Origin: Omnitrophica WOR_2 bacterium RIFCSPHIGHO2_02_FULL_48_11
GTDB lineage: Bacteria > Omnitrophota > Gorgyraeia > Zapsychrales > GWA2-47-8
Reading direction: 5' to 3'
DNA: 64,000 nt
NCBI GenBank assembly: GCA_001805615.1
Contig: MHGP01000073.1
Location: 28,156-92,155, forward strand
The position numbers and the translations under genes were made by a program. Below the pieces are notes generated by a model. The model was given only the letters and a program-made list of their open reading frames with translations. It searched no databases and was not told where the DNA came from. The first letter of the stretch is position 1. The number at the start of each line of letters is the position of its first letter. Shown here piece by piece: positions 26,398 through 36,094 of this stretch.

Positions 26398-27045
26398 ATG
26401 AAGGCGATACAAAAGGTTTTGGTCGGATTTTTAGTAAGCTTGGCGGTGCTTGTTGTACCGCAAAAAGCGCAGGCGATCGTTGTTTTTGATAATACAGAAA
26501 ATTTTTTTACATCAGGCAGTTATCTGCTGATGACCCAGGGAGCCCCTTTTGATTTTGATAATGATCAGGCTGCAGGGTTCACAGTCACAGGCGGATCTTA
26601 TGCGCTGAACTCGATAGAACTTCCGGTGACTTTTTCTCAGGGTCCTAACGAATTTGATCTTTGGCTGGTAAATGATAACGGAGGTCAGCCCGGCAGTCTT
26701 TTGGAGAGCTTTCATTTCAGCAATCCTCCGGAAGGAACGTATTATACTTGGTTGACCGCAAACTCGGCATCTAACCCGGTGCTCAACGACGGCAATTTGT
26801 ATTGGGTCGTCGGTTCTGCGACCGGACCGGATGCGGTTATCGGCTGGAATGTGAGCCGTACAAATGGATATGCGGCGCATACCGCAGAGGACGGAAACGG
26901 GTGGCATGTAGGTTCTGACTGGAATCGGGGCGCCTTTCGCGTCACCGGAAGTGAACCTGGCCAAGCGCCTGTCCCCGAACCGGCCACGTTATCTTTATTC
27001 GGTGCCGGGTTAGCCGGATTCTTGTTGCGCAGACGTAAAAAGTAA
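26398..27045 (+). CDS. PEP-CTERM sorting-domain secreted protein
   Basis: The start is re-picked at 26398 after GAGGAGAGAG. Signal peptide ...PQKAQA. The C-terminus is PVPEPATLSLFGAGLAGFLLRRRKK, i.e. a PEP motif, a TM helix and a basic tail. Confidence 0.8.
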   Translation: MKAIQKVLVGFLVSLAVLVVPQKAQAIVVFDNTENFFTSGSYLLMTQGAPFDFDNDQAAGFTVTGGSYALNSIELPVTFSQGPNEFDLWLVNDNGGQPGSLLESFHFSNPPEGTYYTWLTANSASNPVLNDGNLYWVVGSATGPDAVIGWNVSRTNGYAAHTAEDGNGWHVGSDWNRGAFRVTGSEPGQAPVPEPATLSLFGAGLAGFLLRRRKK

Positions 27046-27129
27046 ATTTGTAGGAAATAATTTTTGTAACGTAAAAGAGGCGATTTCATGATCATGAAAT
27101 CGCCTCTTTTCATTTATTGTTTTTTTTAT

Positions 27130-29100
27130 TTAATATAACGCGGCGCCATCTTTGCAAATACATTCTGAGGTACAGAGTTTTGTGGTCGGACAGCCATCCG
27201 GAACATTTTTTGGATCGCATTGTTCCCCCGGATCCATCCTACCGTTACCGCATTTACTCACGCACATACACCCGACACATTCTTTATTAGGGTCGGCGCA
27301 AAGTTGAGCTGGAAGTTTAGTCGTATCGCACTGCGGTTTTTCAGTCAATTGCTTACTATTCATTTTGCAATAATAAGCAGGGTTAGGGATACACTGACAA
27401 AAAACATCGCATATTTTAACCGGATCTGTAGGATTAGCCGGATTGCACTCCGCGTCGTTTTGGCACTGCGGTTCTCTATAAGTAGCATTTTTTCTACAAA
27501 GATAAGGGGGTGGCGGGCCTTCTGTCTCTGTGATCGCCGGGGGTATTTCGTTTGTCGCTGGAGGAGTCGGAGTAGTGTAGGTTATAGTAATATCCGTCTG
27601 GGGCGGCGGACGTAAAGTTTCATTCGACCCCCCGCCAATGACACATTTGAATGCACAAGTATGATAGGCCTTTAACATCAACGGCAGATTTAAATAAAAT
27701 TTGGTATGCGTGTCCGGCCCGGCAAAAAGATGCTCAGCCTTGCTTCCCTCTACCGGATTATTTTGCGACGGCCCGGAAAGGACTCCGTCGCCGGATTGAA
27801 AGTTTGCATCCGTCGTGTACCAATGCACCACCTTAACCGACTCTGGACGTTTATAAGGACCGAATCCATCAGTCACTTCCTGCCATGGTTTAAAAGACAG
27901 GAACCAATTGATCATGGTCGTAATGGCGCTGCCCATGGGATACTTATTTCCCAAAGAATTGAATCCATCAAAGGATTTGCCTAAAAGCGGTGTCGCATAG
28001 GTGTGCACACGGATAGGCATATTGAATTCTTTGACCACACTGTCTAATTTTGAAGCGGCTTTTGCGGCGACGACACCGCCAAAACTCCATCCGACGACGG
28101 CGATTTCTCTATAAGGCCTGATCTGCATCGGGTCTATGTTCTTCAGGCTCTCCCTTATAAATGTGACTAACTTGTCAGAGATCTCGTCCGAAACTTCGTT
28201 TCCCTCCCACGGAAACAGGACAAAATCAAAGCACGACATGCTTTCTGTCTGCGTAGCCCATGCGACAAAATCTTTCCAAGCGGTCGCATCGTTGCCTAAT
28301 CCCGTGATAAAAACAACCAGAACCATGCAATTTTTTCCGTTTGTACCGTAATTAAATTTACCCGGCACGCCAAAAAACGGCACTCTTCCCAAGGTATCCG
28401 GGGGCAGTTTAAATTTATTAAGGTCATCGCTATAAATTTTATTGCTTAGCGCAATGCTTCCCGGCGGAAGACCCATAAGCGATTCCAAAGTTTTGAAATG
28501 TTCCTGCTCCTTGACCGGAAGCTGACTTGAGGCAACAAAAACCCCCAACCCGTTAGGATGGATGGCCATAAATTTTCCAGGATTACTCACATCGGGAATG
28601 ATGATGTTTTCCGGGACTATGTAAGCGAGAATCAATGTCCCGGTCACATCGTAAACCACATAATAATTTCCAAATCGTTTTTCGAGCCGATCCCAGCGAA
28701 GAGCATTATTATAAGGAAGGGCACAATCCCCCTGGCAAGGACCTACCGCAGGGAACATTTCTACGTGGGCAGGAACCGCCTTCGTAAGATAAGGGCCGGT
28801 CGTGATTTTAATGAGCGGCTGGAGGGGTAAATAATCTTTCTTATTCTTAAAACTTATTTCATAAAAATCGCTGAAATATCTGACGGTAACCGTGTCGTCC
28901 GGAGATCCGTTAGGGTCCCTGATCTCGACCGTTGTCCCGTAATCGAAAACCCCACCGTTGACCGTTTCTTTCCAGTCATAGCGGTGAACGTAAGGGGTAA
29001 TATCCCAAGGATTGTCTTTGAGAATGGTTTGTGCGTGGGCGGCGGGAATACTAAGGATAAAAAGAAAACAGGTCAGAACGGTCAATTTCTTAAAATACAT
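27130..29100 (-). CDS. secreted alpha/beta-hydrolase (lipase/esterase GxSxG) with Pro/Thr linker and C-terminal Myxococcus-type cysteine-rich repeats
   Basis: Signal MYFKKLTVLTCFLFILSIPAAHA. Nucleophile elbow VVGWSFGGVVAA. PT-rich linker TITYTTPTPPATNEIPP. The C-terminal ~130 aa hold about 24 Cys, including CGNGRMDPGEQCDPKN (the CGxGxxxxGExCD repeat signature). Confidence 0.7.
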   Translation of the reverse strand: MYFKKLTVLTCFLFILSIPAAHAQTILKDNPWDITPYVHRYDWKETVNGGVFDYGTTVEIRDPNGSPDDTVTVRYFSDFYEISFKNKKDYLPLQPLIKITTGPYLTKAVPAHVEMFPAVGPCQGDCALPYNNALRWDRLEKRFGNYYVVYDVTGTLILAYIVPENIIIPDVSNPGKFMAIHPNGLGVFVASSQLPVKEQEHFKTLESLMGLPPGSIALSNKIYSDDLNKFKLPPDTLGRVPFFGVPGKFNYGTNGKNCMVLVVFITGLGNDATAWKDFVAWATQTESMSCFDFVLFPWEGNEVSDEISDKLVTFIRESLKNIDPMQIRPYREIAVVGWSFGGVVAAKAASKLDSVVKEFNMPIRVHTYATPLLGKSFDGFNSLGNKYPMGSAITTMINWFLSFKPWQEVTDGFGPYKRPESVKVVHWYTTDANFQSGDGVLSGPSQNNPVEGSKAEHLFAGPDTHTKFYLNLPLMLKAYHTCAFKCVIGGGSNETLRPPPQTDITITYTTPTPPATNEIPPAITETEGPPPPYLCRKNATYREPQCQNDAECNPANPTDPVKICDVFCQCIPNPAYYCKMNSKQLTEKPQCDTTKLPAQLCADPNKECVGCMCVSKCGNGRMDPGEQCDPKNVPDGCPTTKLCTSECICKDGAALY

Positions 29101-29382
29101 GAGGCTCCTTTAGGTATAAATATTTCTTAAAAGATATCACATAAAGTATAGTCTATAAAGGAGCCATTGGATATACAGAAAGGGTGTTTTGGGGAAACCG
29201 CTTTCTTCATTCGGTTCAATAAAAAATTCTGCGCCAGAGATGAGGCTCAGGATTATCTTCCGCATAAATCTGGACTAAAAGAAAGAATTGAATATAATAA
29301 AGATTATTAAGCAGCAGAATCCCCTGCCATAAATGAGGCAAGTGATAATACTACATTCGCATCGTAAGAAAGGGGAATCGCA

Positions 29383-29637
29383 TTGGCAAAATTGACGCTG
29401 GACCTGCATGAGATCTTTAATAAAGGGCGCGACATTGACCGCAGCCTGAACGATATCATCAACGAAGCCGTCGCAAAACGGATCACGCTCCTGGAGATCA
29501 TCCCGGGCAAGGGAAGCGGCCAGCTCAAGAAGAACGTGCTGCGGTTCTTGGACCAGAAACATATCCGTGCGCTGTATCATCGGATCGAGAAGGACGACAA
29601 GAATTTCGGACGTATTTTTGTGCATTTCAGATTTTGA
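29383..29637 (+). CDS. stand-alone Smr-domain protein
   Basis: TTG start after AAAGGGGA. LTLDLHE (LDLHG-like) and IIPGKGSG (the Smr xTGKG motif). 84 aa. Confidence 0.55.
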   Translation: MAKLTLDLHEIFNKGRDIDRSLNDIINEAVAKRITLLEIIPGKGSGQLKKNVLRFLDQKHIRALYHRIEKDDKNFGRIFVHFRF

Positions 29638-29827
29638 GAGAAAAGGAGAGGGGGGGTATGCGGCTTGGAAAATTGAGTGCGCGTCCCCGGAAATCTGAAA
29701 CTCAAATTAAAATATGACCCCGAAGAAAGATTTCAGAGCGAATGGTACCGCTATTATAAGACGATGTTTTCGGGATGGATGAGTAAGTTCATTCAGGGGA
29801 AGGACTTTAAATAAAAGGAGAAAGAAA

Positions 29828-30892
29828 ATGCTGTATCTTAAGGTAAGAAACATCACTATTTTAATTTTTGTTTTTCTTGTTGCTTCTGGAAATGGCCGGA
29901 GCGAGGCTGACCTGTTGATGTCGGATTTGTCCTTAGCCGCTGAAGCGGGCGTGGGGAGCAATTTGCGCGGATTATCTGGGGCAGCGGAAATGTTTGCCAA
30001 CGCCAATCAAGGCCGCTATCCGGCGAGTATTTCCGATTTGGTCAGTGCCAATCCACCGTATCTTTTTGAAGATTGTTGCGGTAAGACCATCGAAGGGTTT
30101 CAATATTCCTGTAATTTTTCGCCGAAAGGATATGAATTCACCGCAACAGCCGTCGATAGTCAAAAGTTCGGTCCAAGAATTTTTAAAGCTGCGACCGGTC
30201 AGCAGATGACCGGCCCGGAAATGAAGATGGTCAATGATCCTAAATACGGTTCTAAACCGGCGTACCAATATCTTTTTGTTTCAGACAATAAAAGTTTTAC
30301 AAAGAAAGCTATGGCTAACGGCGTTGCGATTGTTTATTTTGGGTTTGATGAAAATACTCCCTTTGAAGAAACTCAAAAATATCTTAAGTCCGGAACCATT
30401 CAAGACATTTATGATATGGACAATATGATAAGAGAATATGCTAATAAAAACGGCTATGCGTTTATCTATGAGGCCATCCAGTGTCAGTGCAATGAAGAGG
30501 ATATTACCCATGACCTTAGGGAATATTTATATAAAGCCAAATATAAGAAAGATCGCCCTATTCAGGTAGATGGGGTCCAGGTGAGAAATGACGCTCAGGG
30601 GCAAAGGGTCGAGACGTCATTTATGAACAATAAGAAAAACGGGCCGGAAAAGACGTATTATGATACCGGTGAGTTATATGAAGAAAAGAATTATAAGGAC
30701 GGAAATTATGATGGTATCTTTAAACAATATTATAAGGACGGAACCCTGATGGCTGAGTACCATTTTAAGAATGGCGAATCTGCGGGGGAAACAAGAACGT
30801 ATTATGAAGATGGAAAATTGCGGTCGGTTACCGGGAGCAGACCTGACGGAGGCACGGTGATATACGACCGTGAAGGCAATGTGCGTCAATAA
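29828..30892 (+). CDS. secreted protein with C-terminal MORN-variant (YwqK-family) repeats
   Basis: Signal peptide. The C-terminal third has repeats KTYYDTGELYEEKNYKDGNYDGIFKQYYKDGTLMAEYHFKNGESAGETRTYYEDGKL. The N-terminal two thirds are unassigned. Confidence 0.65.
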   Translation: MLYLKVRNITILIFVFLVASGNGRSEADLLMSDLSLAAEAGVGSNLRGLSGAAEMFANANQGRYPASISDLVSANPPYLFEDCCGKTIEGFQYSCNFSPKGYEFTATAVDSQKFGPRIFKAATGQQMTGPEMKMVNDPKYGSKPAYQYLFVSDNKSFTKKAMANGVAIVYFGFDENTPFEETQKYLKSGTIQDIYDMDNMIREYANKNGYAFIYEAIQCQCNEEDITHDLREYLYKAKYKKDRPIQVDGVQVRNDAQGQRVETSFMNNKKNGPEKTYYDTGELYEEKNYKDGNYDGIFKQYYKDGTLMAEYHFKNGESAGETRTYYEDGKLRSVTGSRPDGGTVIYDREGNVRQ

Positions 30893-30920
30893 GGACAATC
30901 AAGGACAATCATGGACAATC
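30891..30920 (+). repeat. 10-bp tandem repeat (AAGGACAATC x2 + ATGGACAATC)
   Basis: It spans the 29828 gene stop and the ATG of the KH gene. Confidence 0.8.
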
Positions 30921-31174
30921 TTAAAATATCCGTACTATTAGAGCGCGACGATTTTAAAATGGAGATCATCGGCCGCGACGCCAGAAATATACGCTGTTTT
31001 GAACAGGAAACAGGCGTTAAGGTTGTCATTGATGATACGCCGCAGCGGGTTTTTCTTGTCGGTACGGATCTGCCGAGCTTAGAGAACGCGCGGCGTATTA
31101 TGGAGAAACTTGTCCGGGATAAAAAAATAACCGAGGCTAAGATCAAAGAGTATAAGAAATTGTGTAGTGAGTGA
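30911..31174 (+). CDS. small KH-domain RNA-binding protein
   Basis: IIGRDARNIRCFEQETGVKVVID resembles a KH GxxG segment with a degenerate motif. 87 aa. Confidence 0.5.
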   Translation: MDNLKISVLLERDDFKMEIIGRDARNIRCFEQETGVKVVIDDTPQRVFLVGTDLPSLENARRIMEKLVRDKKITEAKIKEYKKLCSE

Positions 31175-31323
31175 AAGGGCAGCTTAGCAGAGACATTACC
31201 CTCAAAATATTCCCTTAATATTCCCCTTTTTGTTTCCTCTCTTGAGAACTTTCTTGCAAACGTTTTCTTGTCGGACGCCTTCCCCCCTTGTTACCCTCAA
31301 TTTTATAGATTAAGCTTTTAATA

Positions 31324-31410
31324 TAGAGACGAAAGGGCAAACCTGTCGAGAGACAGGGACGCAAAGCCACGTGGCCCCGATGTAACGTCGGGGTGGCCGG
31401 GCTACCGAAA
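31324..31410 (+). promoter_or_regulatory. c-di-GMP-I (GEMM) riboswitch aptamer
   Basis: GGGCAAACC-UGUC-GAGA-GACA-GGGACGCAAAGCC ... GGGCUACCGA. The core GGGCAAACC, the GNRA-capped P2 and GACGCAAAGCC are identical to the Vibrio Vc2 aptamer. The 3' GGGCUACCGA matches Vc2 GGGUUACCGA. Confidence 0.75.
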
Positions 31411-31449
31411 ATAATCAACAAACCAAAGGTAGGCCGGTTTTTTATTTTT
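31397..31449 (+). terminator. candidate expression-platform terminator overlapping the aptamer 3' strand
   Basis: CCGGGCTACC (31397-31406) pairs with GGTAGGCCGG (31428-31437) with one mismatch across a 21-nt loop. It is followed by TTTTTTATTTTT. The 5' arm is part of the aptamer. Confidence 0.45.
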
Positions 31450-31460
31450 GGAGGGTCAGA

Positions 31461-33962
31461 GTGAAGGATAAATTTCAATATAATGATTTTCGTATTTACG
31501 GGTTACTATTTTTTGCTCTCAGCGTTTCTCTTATATTTCTCCCAACCCCTATCTTTGCCGAAGCACAACTTAAAATTACAAACGAAGGAACACTCTATAT
31601 AAGTGCCGATAACGACGCTGATAAATTTTTTGCTCTGGGATACGGTTATGCTAAGGCCATGCCGGACAGATTGGGGGCCAAGATAGCCCGGGACTGCAAC
31701 TATAGCCGTCATGAAAATGGACAAAACTACAACATTTTAAATGGGGTGGCCTATCTCTATCGACCCCCGGCGGTCGATTTTGACGAACGTGGAAGGCTAT
31801 TGCCGATCCCCAGCGGAAAGATGCCCACACCGGTTATGGTTGATATGGCCCGTCATTTTGACGGCACGTGTCAGGATATGGAGGAAGTCTGGAATTCTCT
31901 GAGCGTTGAGCAGCGAAATCATTTTAGCAATTTGGCTGCCGGTTATAATTATTATTTCGAAACAAACTGGACTGCAGGAGACGCAGTTGCTGTCAAATAC
32001 CCATTTTTGCAAAATTTTAAAGGAGCTGAACTTAACCCAAAAATCCTCCCCTTTGAAGGACCAGGCTTTCAATCTCTGTATGAGTGGAAGACATTAATAG
32101 AGATTGTACAAAACCCCCCTAAAAATTATAAGGAGGCTGTACAGCTGCAAAATTCTCAGCCGATCTATGCCACGGCTTCTTTTAATTCTCACCTCAATGG
32201 CCCGTCTCTGGCCAAGGACACTCTGGCGGTCAATTTTGGGTCAATCCATGTGCCCATGTATAGCCAAGGTCAGGTCGTAACTGTAGCCATTTCTGATGAG
32301 GATCCCATTACCGGAGAAGTCAAACGTACAATGGTCGGTGGAGCGGTCGAATTAACTTTACCGACTATCTTTAGTAAATGGGACGAGTTGGGGAAGGGGA
32401 CATCCTTGAATGTCGTTGCAAAAAATTTGCAAATACCAACCATCTACGCCATCAAAATCCCACGGGGATCGTTGACTCAGTATATTGATCCTCTAAGTGG
32501 CCGATCCGTCCCGTATGAAACGAAAATTTATACCTTTAGGACCGGAAATGGAAAGGCCTATACCCGCACGGTTAAAAAAGTTCCTGGTTTCGGTAAAGTC
32601 TTTCATATCGGTTCGGATTACGCATTGACCTTTCATAAAGATGTTCAAAAGGATCTCTGGGGGTTATTTACTCATGAACTTTATACTGCTGAAAATACGG
32701 CTGCGGCGGTCCGCAAGGCCTTTCAGGATAGACAGGGGAACCCTCTGGTTAGCGGATTTACCTTCACGGCGGTTCATGTTGACTCCCATAATCCTATTTC
32801 TTCCAGCACCGGAACAGCGTACAGCGTTGGTTTTGTTCCCCGGTTTAATAATCCTAATAAAGTGACGGAGTTAATTCTGGCTAAGCGCGATAAAATTTTG
32901 CCGGCTAATGTGGACACCCAAGCTAAAGGCATCTTGTCTTTAAATGAAATTCAAACGATCCTCGCTCCGGGAGAAGTGGGTCCGATGGTGAATGGGAATA
33001 CGCCTTTATCAACTGTTTTAGGTCATAAGCAGCAATATTTGCATCCAAAAAATTCCGAGATTTCTTACCCTCTCCATTACGGGGGGGTCACCGAACCTTT
33101 TGAAAGAGGACATTCCATAACAGGAAAGGTCCTCACGGAACGATTGGTCAAAAAGGGAGATGTGACCTGCGATGATTACTTTACAGGCGTGGTGGATAGT
33201 TACGATAATGTGACCTTAAGGGATTCTTTAAAAATTTATTATTCTGCGATAGAAAAGTATGGCATGGCTCTCGTCAATGATTCAGCGCCCAAGGCATGGA
33301 TTATGGGGACTTTATTGGATGCCGTTATGCATTATTGGGATTTTCAGGCCAGAGGAGACGATCCCTTGGCGGCGGTGTTCGGGGTTTTTTATTACCTCCT
33401 GGATAAAGAAATTTCAAATCTGCAAAACACTGATCCCGCTTTAGCTGCTGAACTGAAAGAATTTCTGGGGGCTTCCGTTATCATGGCAGAGACCGGTTCT
33501 GAACCTTCGCTTTCTTTTGAAGCGGCAAAAATTATCACCGATAAAATTATTGATTCCGTTGATACCCTCATTCAATCCGGTTGGAGAAAATTAGCGGACA
33601 TGCAACAAACTTGCTTTTGGAGTCAAGACGATAAAGGTTATAAGTTAGAATGCTACCCGTTCGACCGAGGTTCCAACGGGCCCAACGCCAATGGTGCGGG
33701 TTGGGATCCGGTCGCCAGAAAATTCACCCGTGGCGGCGGCAACCAATTTCCCATCTTTTCTTGCTATACCAAAGATGGGCTCAAAGTGAAATATCAGAAC
33801 AATATCAGCGGTTGGACCCTGGGCTCCGGCCCGGCGGCCCATACCGCCAGGAATTTCGCTCAAGGCGTCTGGAGTGAATTCAATGAATTTGAGCACGTGC
33901 CGCCCGCAGAAGTCATTTTTGAGAAAAACTTTGGGCATTCCCGCCAACCGGTTCTCCCATAG
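31461..33962 (+). CDS. large secreted protein of unknown function (833 aa)
   Basis: GTG start after GGAGGG. N-terminal signal/TM (YGLLFFALSVSLIFLPTPIFAEA). No motif recognised across 800 aa. Confidence 0.7.
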   Translation: MKDKFQYNDFRIYGLLFFALSVSLIFLPTPIFAEAQLKITNEGTLYISADNDADKFFALGYGYAKAMPDRLGAKIARDCNYSRHENGQNYNILNGVAYLYRPPAVDFDERGRLLPIPSGKMPTPVMVDMARHFDGTCQDMEEVWNSLSVEQRNHFSNLAAGYNYYFETNWTAGDAVAVKYPFLQNFKGAELNPKILPFEGPGFQSLYEWKTLIEIVQNPPKNYKEAVQLQNSQPIYATASFNSHLNGPSLAKDTLAVNFGSIHVPMYSQGQVVTVAISDEDPITGEVKRTMVGGAVELTLPTIFSKWDELGKGTSLNVVAKNLQIPTIYAIKIPRGSLTQYIDPLSGRSVPYETKIYTFRTGNGKAYTRTVKKVPGFGKVFHIGSDYALTFHKDVQKDLWGLFTHELYTAENTAAAVRKAFQDRQGNPLVSGFTFTAVHVDSHNPISSSTGTAYSVGFVPRFNNPNKVTELILAKRDKILPANVDTQAKGILSLNEIQTILAPGEVGPMVNGNTPLSTVLGHKQQYLHPKNSEISYPLHYGGVTEPFERGHSITGKVLTERLVKKGDVTCDDYFTGVVDSYDNVTLRDSLKIYYSAIEKYGMALVNDSAPKAWIMGTLLDAVMHYWDFQARGDDPLAAVFGVFYYLLDKEISNLQNTDPALAAELKEFLGASVIMAETGSEPSLSFEAAKIITDKIIDSVDTLIQSGWRKLADMQQTCFWSQDDKGYKLECYPFDRGSNGPNANGAGWDPVARKFTRGGGNQFPIFSCYTKDGLKVKYQNNISGWTLGSGPAAHTARNFAQGVWSEFNEFEHVPPAEVIFEKNFGHSRQPVLP

Positions 33963-34058
33963 CCGATTTCTATCCTGCCGAAAAAAACATTGCCAAACTG
34001 TTTTAGAATAGGTATAATCACACCCTAATAAATCCTGACTGAAATAAATCTTTAAATT

Positions 34059-35702
34059 ATGAATCCCGTAGCTACTCCATCTTCGCTTGAACAATTCCTG
34101 CAAAATGTCGGCATTAAGCAGTGGAAAAATCTTTTTTACAATTTATCCTACGATGAACTCTTTAAGCACGAAACCGATCCCGCGTTAGAAGGGTATGAGC
34201 GGGGCACGGTTACGACCTCCGGCACGGTGGCTGTCGATACCGGCAAGTTCACCGGCCGTTCTCCCAAAGACAAATATATCGTTGATGAACCGACCTCGCG
34301 GACCAATGTGTGGTGGGCGGATGATGCCTGTGCCGGTTCGGACAACAAACACCTTTCCGCTGAGGCCTGGCAGCATCTCAAGGATATTTCCGTCAAACAG
34401 CTGAACGGGAAAAAATTGTACGTCATGGACGGTTTTTGCGGGACAAATCTGCAAACGCGGATGAGCGTACGGTTGGTGACGGAAGTGGCCTGGATGGCGC
34501 ACTTTTTTAAGAACATGTTTATCCGTCCGACGGCCGAAGAGTTGAAGAATTTTAAGCCCGACTGGACGATCCTGAACGCCTGCAAGACATCCTGCCAGGA
34601 TTTTGCCAAATACGGTCTGCGTTCCGAAGTCTTCGGCGCCTTCCACATCGCCGAGCGGATGACCGTGATCGGCGGCACCTGGTACGGCGGAGAAATCAAA
34701 AAAGGTATTTTTTCCATCATGAATTATTTTTTGCCGCTCAAAGGCATCGGCGCCTTCCATTGCTCGGCGAACATGGGCAAAGACGGCGATACGGCGCTCT
34801 TTTTCGGCCTTTCCGGGACCGGTAAAACTACGCTTTCAACCGATCCTAAGCGCGCGTTGATCGGTGACGATGAGCACGGTTGGGACAATGACGGTGTTTT
34901 TAATTTTGAAGGCGGATGTTATGCCAAATGTATCGGACTGACCCGCGAGCGCGAACCGGACATCTTTGACGCGATCCGCCGCGACGCGCTTTTGGAAAAC
35001 GTTGAGGTCGATGCGAACGGCCAAGTCGATTTCAATTCCAAGAAAAAAACGGAAAATTCCCGCGTCTCTTATCCGCTGAACCATATTGCCAATATTGTTA
35101 AGCCGGTTTCCAAGGGCGGTCATCCGAAGCATATTATTTTTCTTACCTGCGATGCGTTCGGGATCCTGCCGCAAATCTCCAAACTGACCAAAGAACAGGC
35201 GATGTATCATTATTTAAGCGGGTACACCGCCAAAGTCGCGGGCACCGAACTCGGCGTCACCGAACCCAAGGCTGCGTTTTCGTCATGTTTCGGGCAGGCG
35301 TTCTTGCTGGTGCATCCGACCAAGTATGCGGATATTTTAGGGAAGAAGATGGATGAGCACGGCTCGCAGGCGTATCTGATCAATACCGGCTGGTATAAAG
35401 GAAAGTACGGTGTCGGCCAGCGGATCCCCTTAGTTGAGAACCGCCGCGCGATCGATGCGGTCTTTAACGGGGCCTTTGATAAGGCGGAATTCGAAACGCT
35501 GCCGATTTTTAATTTGAAATTCCCCAAAACCCTCCCCGGCGTCGATCCGCAAACCCTGCACCCGCGCGATTCCTGGCCCAACAAAGAAGAATATGACCAG
35601 ATGATCCGCAAACTCGCGCAGATGTTCAGTGACAACTTTAAAAAATTTGAAACGACCGAAGAAGGCCGCATCCTCGCTGCGGCTGCCGGACCCAAATTAT
35701 AA
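34059..35702 (+). CDS. pckA: phosphoenolpyruvate carboxykinase (ATP)
   Basis: [19 protein letters not shown] and kinase-1a [12 protein letters not shown]. 547 aa. Confidence 0.9.
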   Translation: MNPVATPSSLEQFLQNVGIKQWKNLFYNLSYDELFKHETDPALEGYERGTVTTSGTVAVDTGKFTGRSPKDKYIVDEPTSRTNVWWADDACAGSDNKHLSAEAWQHLKDISVKQLNGKKLYVMDGFCGTNLQTRMSVRLVTEVAWMAHFFKNMFIRPTAEELKNFKPDWTILNACKTSCQDFAKYGLRSEVFGAFHIAERMTVIGGTWYGGEIKKGIFSIMNYFLPLKGIGAFHCSANMGKDGDTALFFGLSGTGKTTLSTDPKRALIGDDEHGWDNDGVFNFEGGCYAKCIGLTREREPDIFDAIRRDALLENVEVDANGQVDFNSKKKTENSRVSYPLNHIANIVKPVSKGGHPKHIIFLTCDAFGILPQISKLTKEQAMYHYLSGYTAKVAGTELGVTEPKAAFSSCFGQAFLLVHPTKYADILGKKMDEHGSQAYLINTGWYKGKYGVGQRIPLVENRRAIDAVFNGAFDKAEFETLPIFNLKFPKTLPGVDPQTLHPRDSWPNKEEYDQMIRKLAQMFSDNFKKFETTEEGRILAAAAGPKL

Positions 35703-35748
35703 AAAGCAGAAGACCTTACCAAAAATTATTTTAACCTAAAGAGATCCT

Positions 35749-36030
35749 ATGGCCAGAGCCAGCGCAAGACATATCCTCGTTGCTACCGAAGCAGAATGTT
35801 TAAGATTAAAGGATGAAATCGCCGCCGGTAAAAAATTTGCCGATGTGGCCAAGCAGCATTCCAAATGTCCTTCCGGTAAAAAGGGCGGAGAGTTGGGAGA
35901 ATTCTCGCGCGGCCAAATGGTGCCGGAATTTGACCGGGTGGTTTTTCAGGAGGAAGTCGGCAAAGTTCATGGGCCGATCAAGACACAGTTCGGTTTTCAC
36001 CTGGTGGAGATCACCAAGCGGGTAGATTGA
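35749..36030 (+). CDS. ppiC: parvulin-type peptidyl-prolyl isomerase (PpiC/Par10)
   Basis: ARHILV..., GGELGEFSRGQMVPEFD and GFHLVEI. 93 aa. Confidence 0.85.
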   Translation: MARASARHILVATEAECLRLKDEIAAGKKFADVAKQHSKCPSGKKGGELGEFSRGQMVPEFDRVVFQEEVGKVHGPIKTQFGFHLVEITKRVD

Positions 36031-36065
36031 TGTCAGAACGGGATTAAAAATTTTTAAATTATTTA

Positions 36066-36094
36066 TTGACATCAGATAACAATTCGTTTATACT
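36066..36094 (+). promoter_or_regulatory. consensus sigma70 promoter TTGACA-N17-TATACT, leaving a ~125-nt cold-shock 5'UTR
   Basis: TTGACA at 36066-36071 and TATACT at 36089-36094. cspA starts at 36225. Confidence 0.6.

Noticed and set aside
29677-29814. Possible 45-aa small ORF (…YDPEERFQSEWYRYYKTMFSGWMSKFIQGKDFK) between the Smr and MORN genes
   Set aside because: It needs a GTG start 30 nt from the nearest Shine-Dalgarno-like sequence. There is no supporting motif, so it is too speculative to list as a feature.
31175-31323. Promoter for the riboswitch transcript
   Set aside because: Only weak -35/-10 candidates (TCAATT / TAATAT) were found. The TSS is probably near 31328, but I could not place the promoter confidently.
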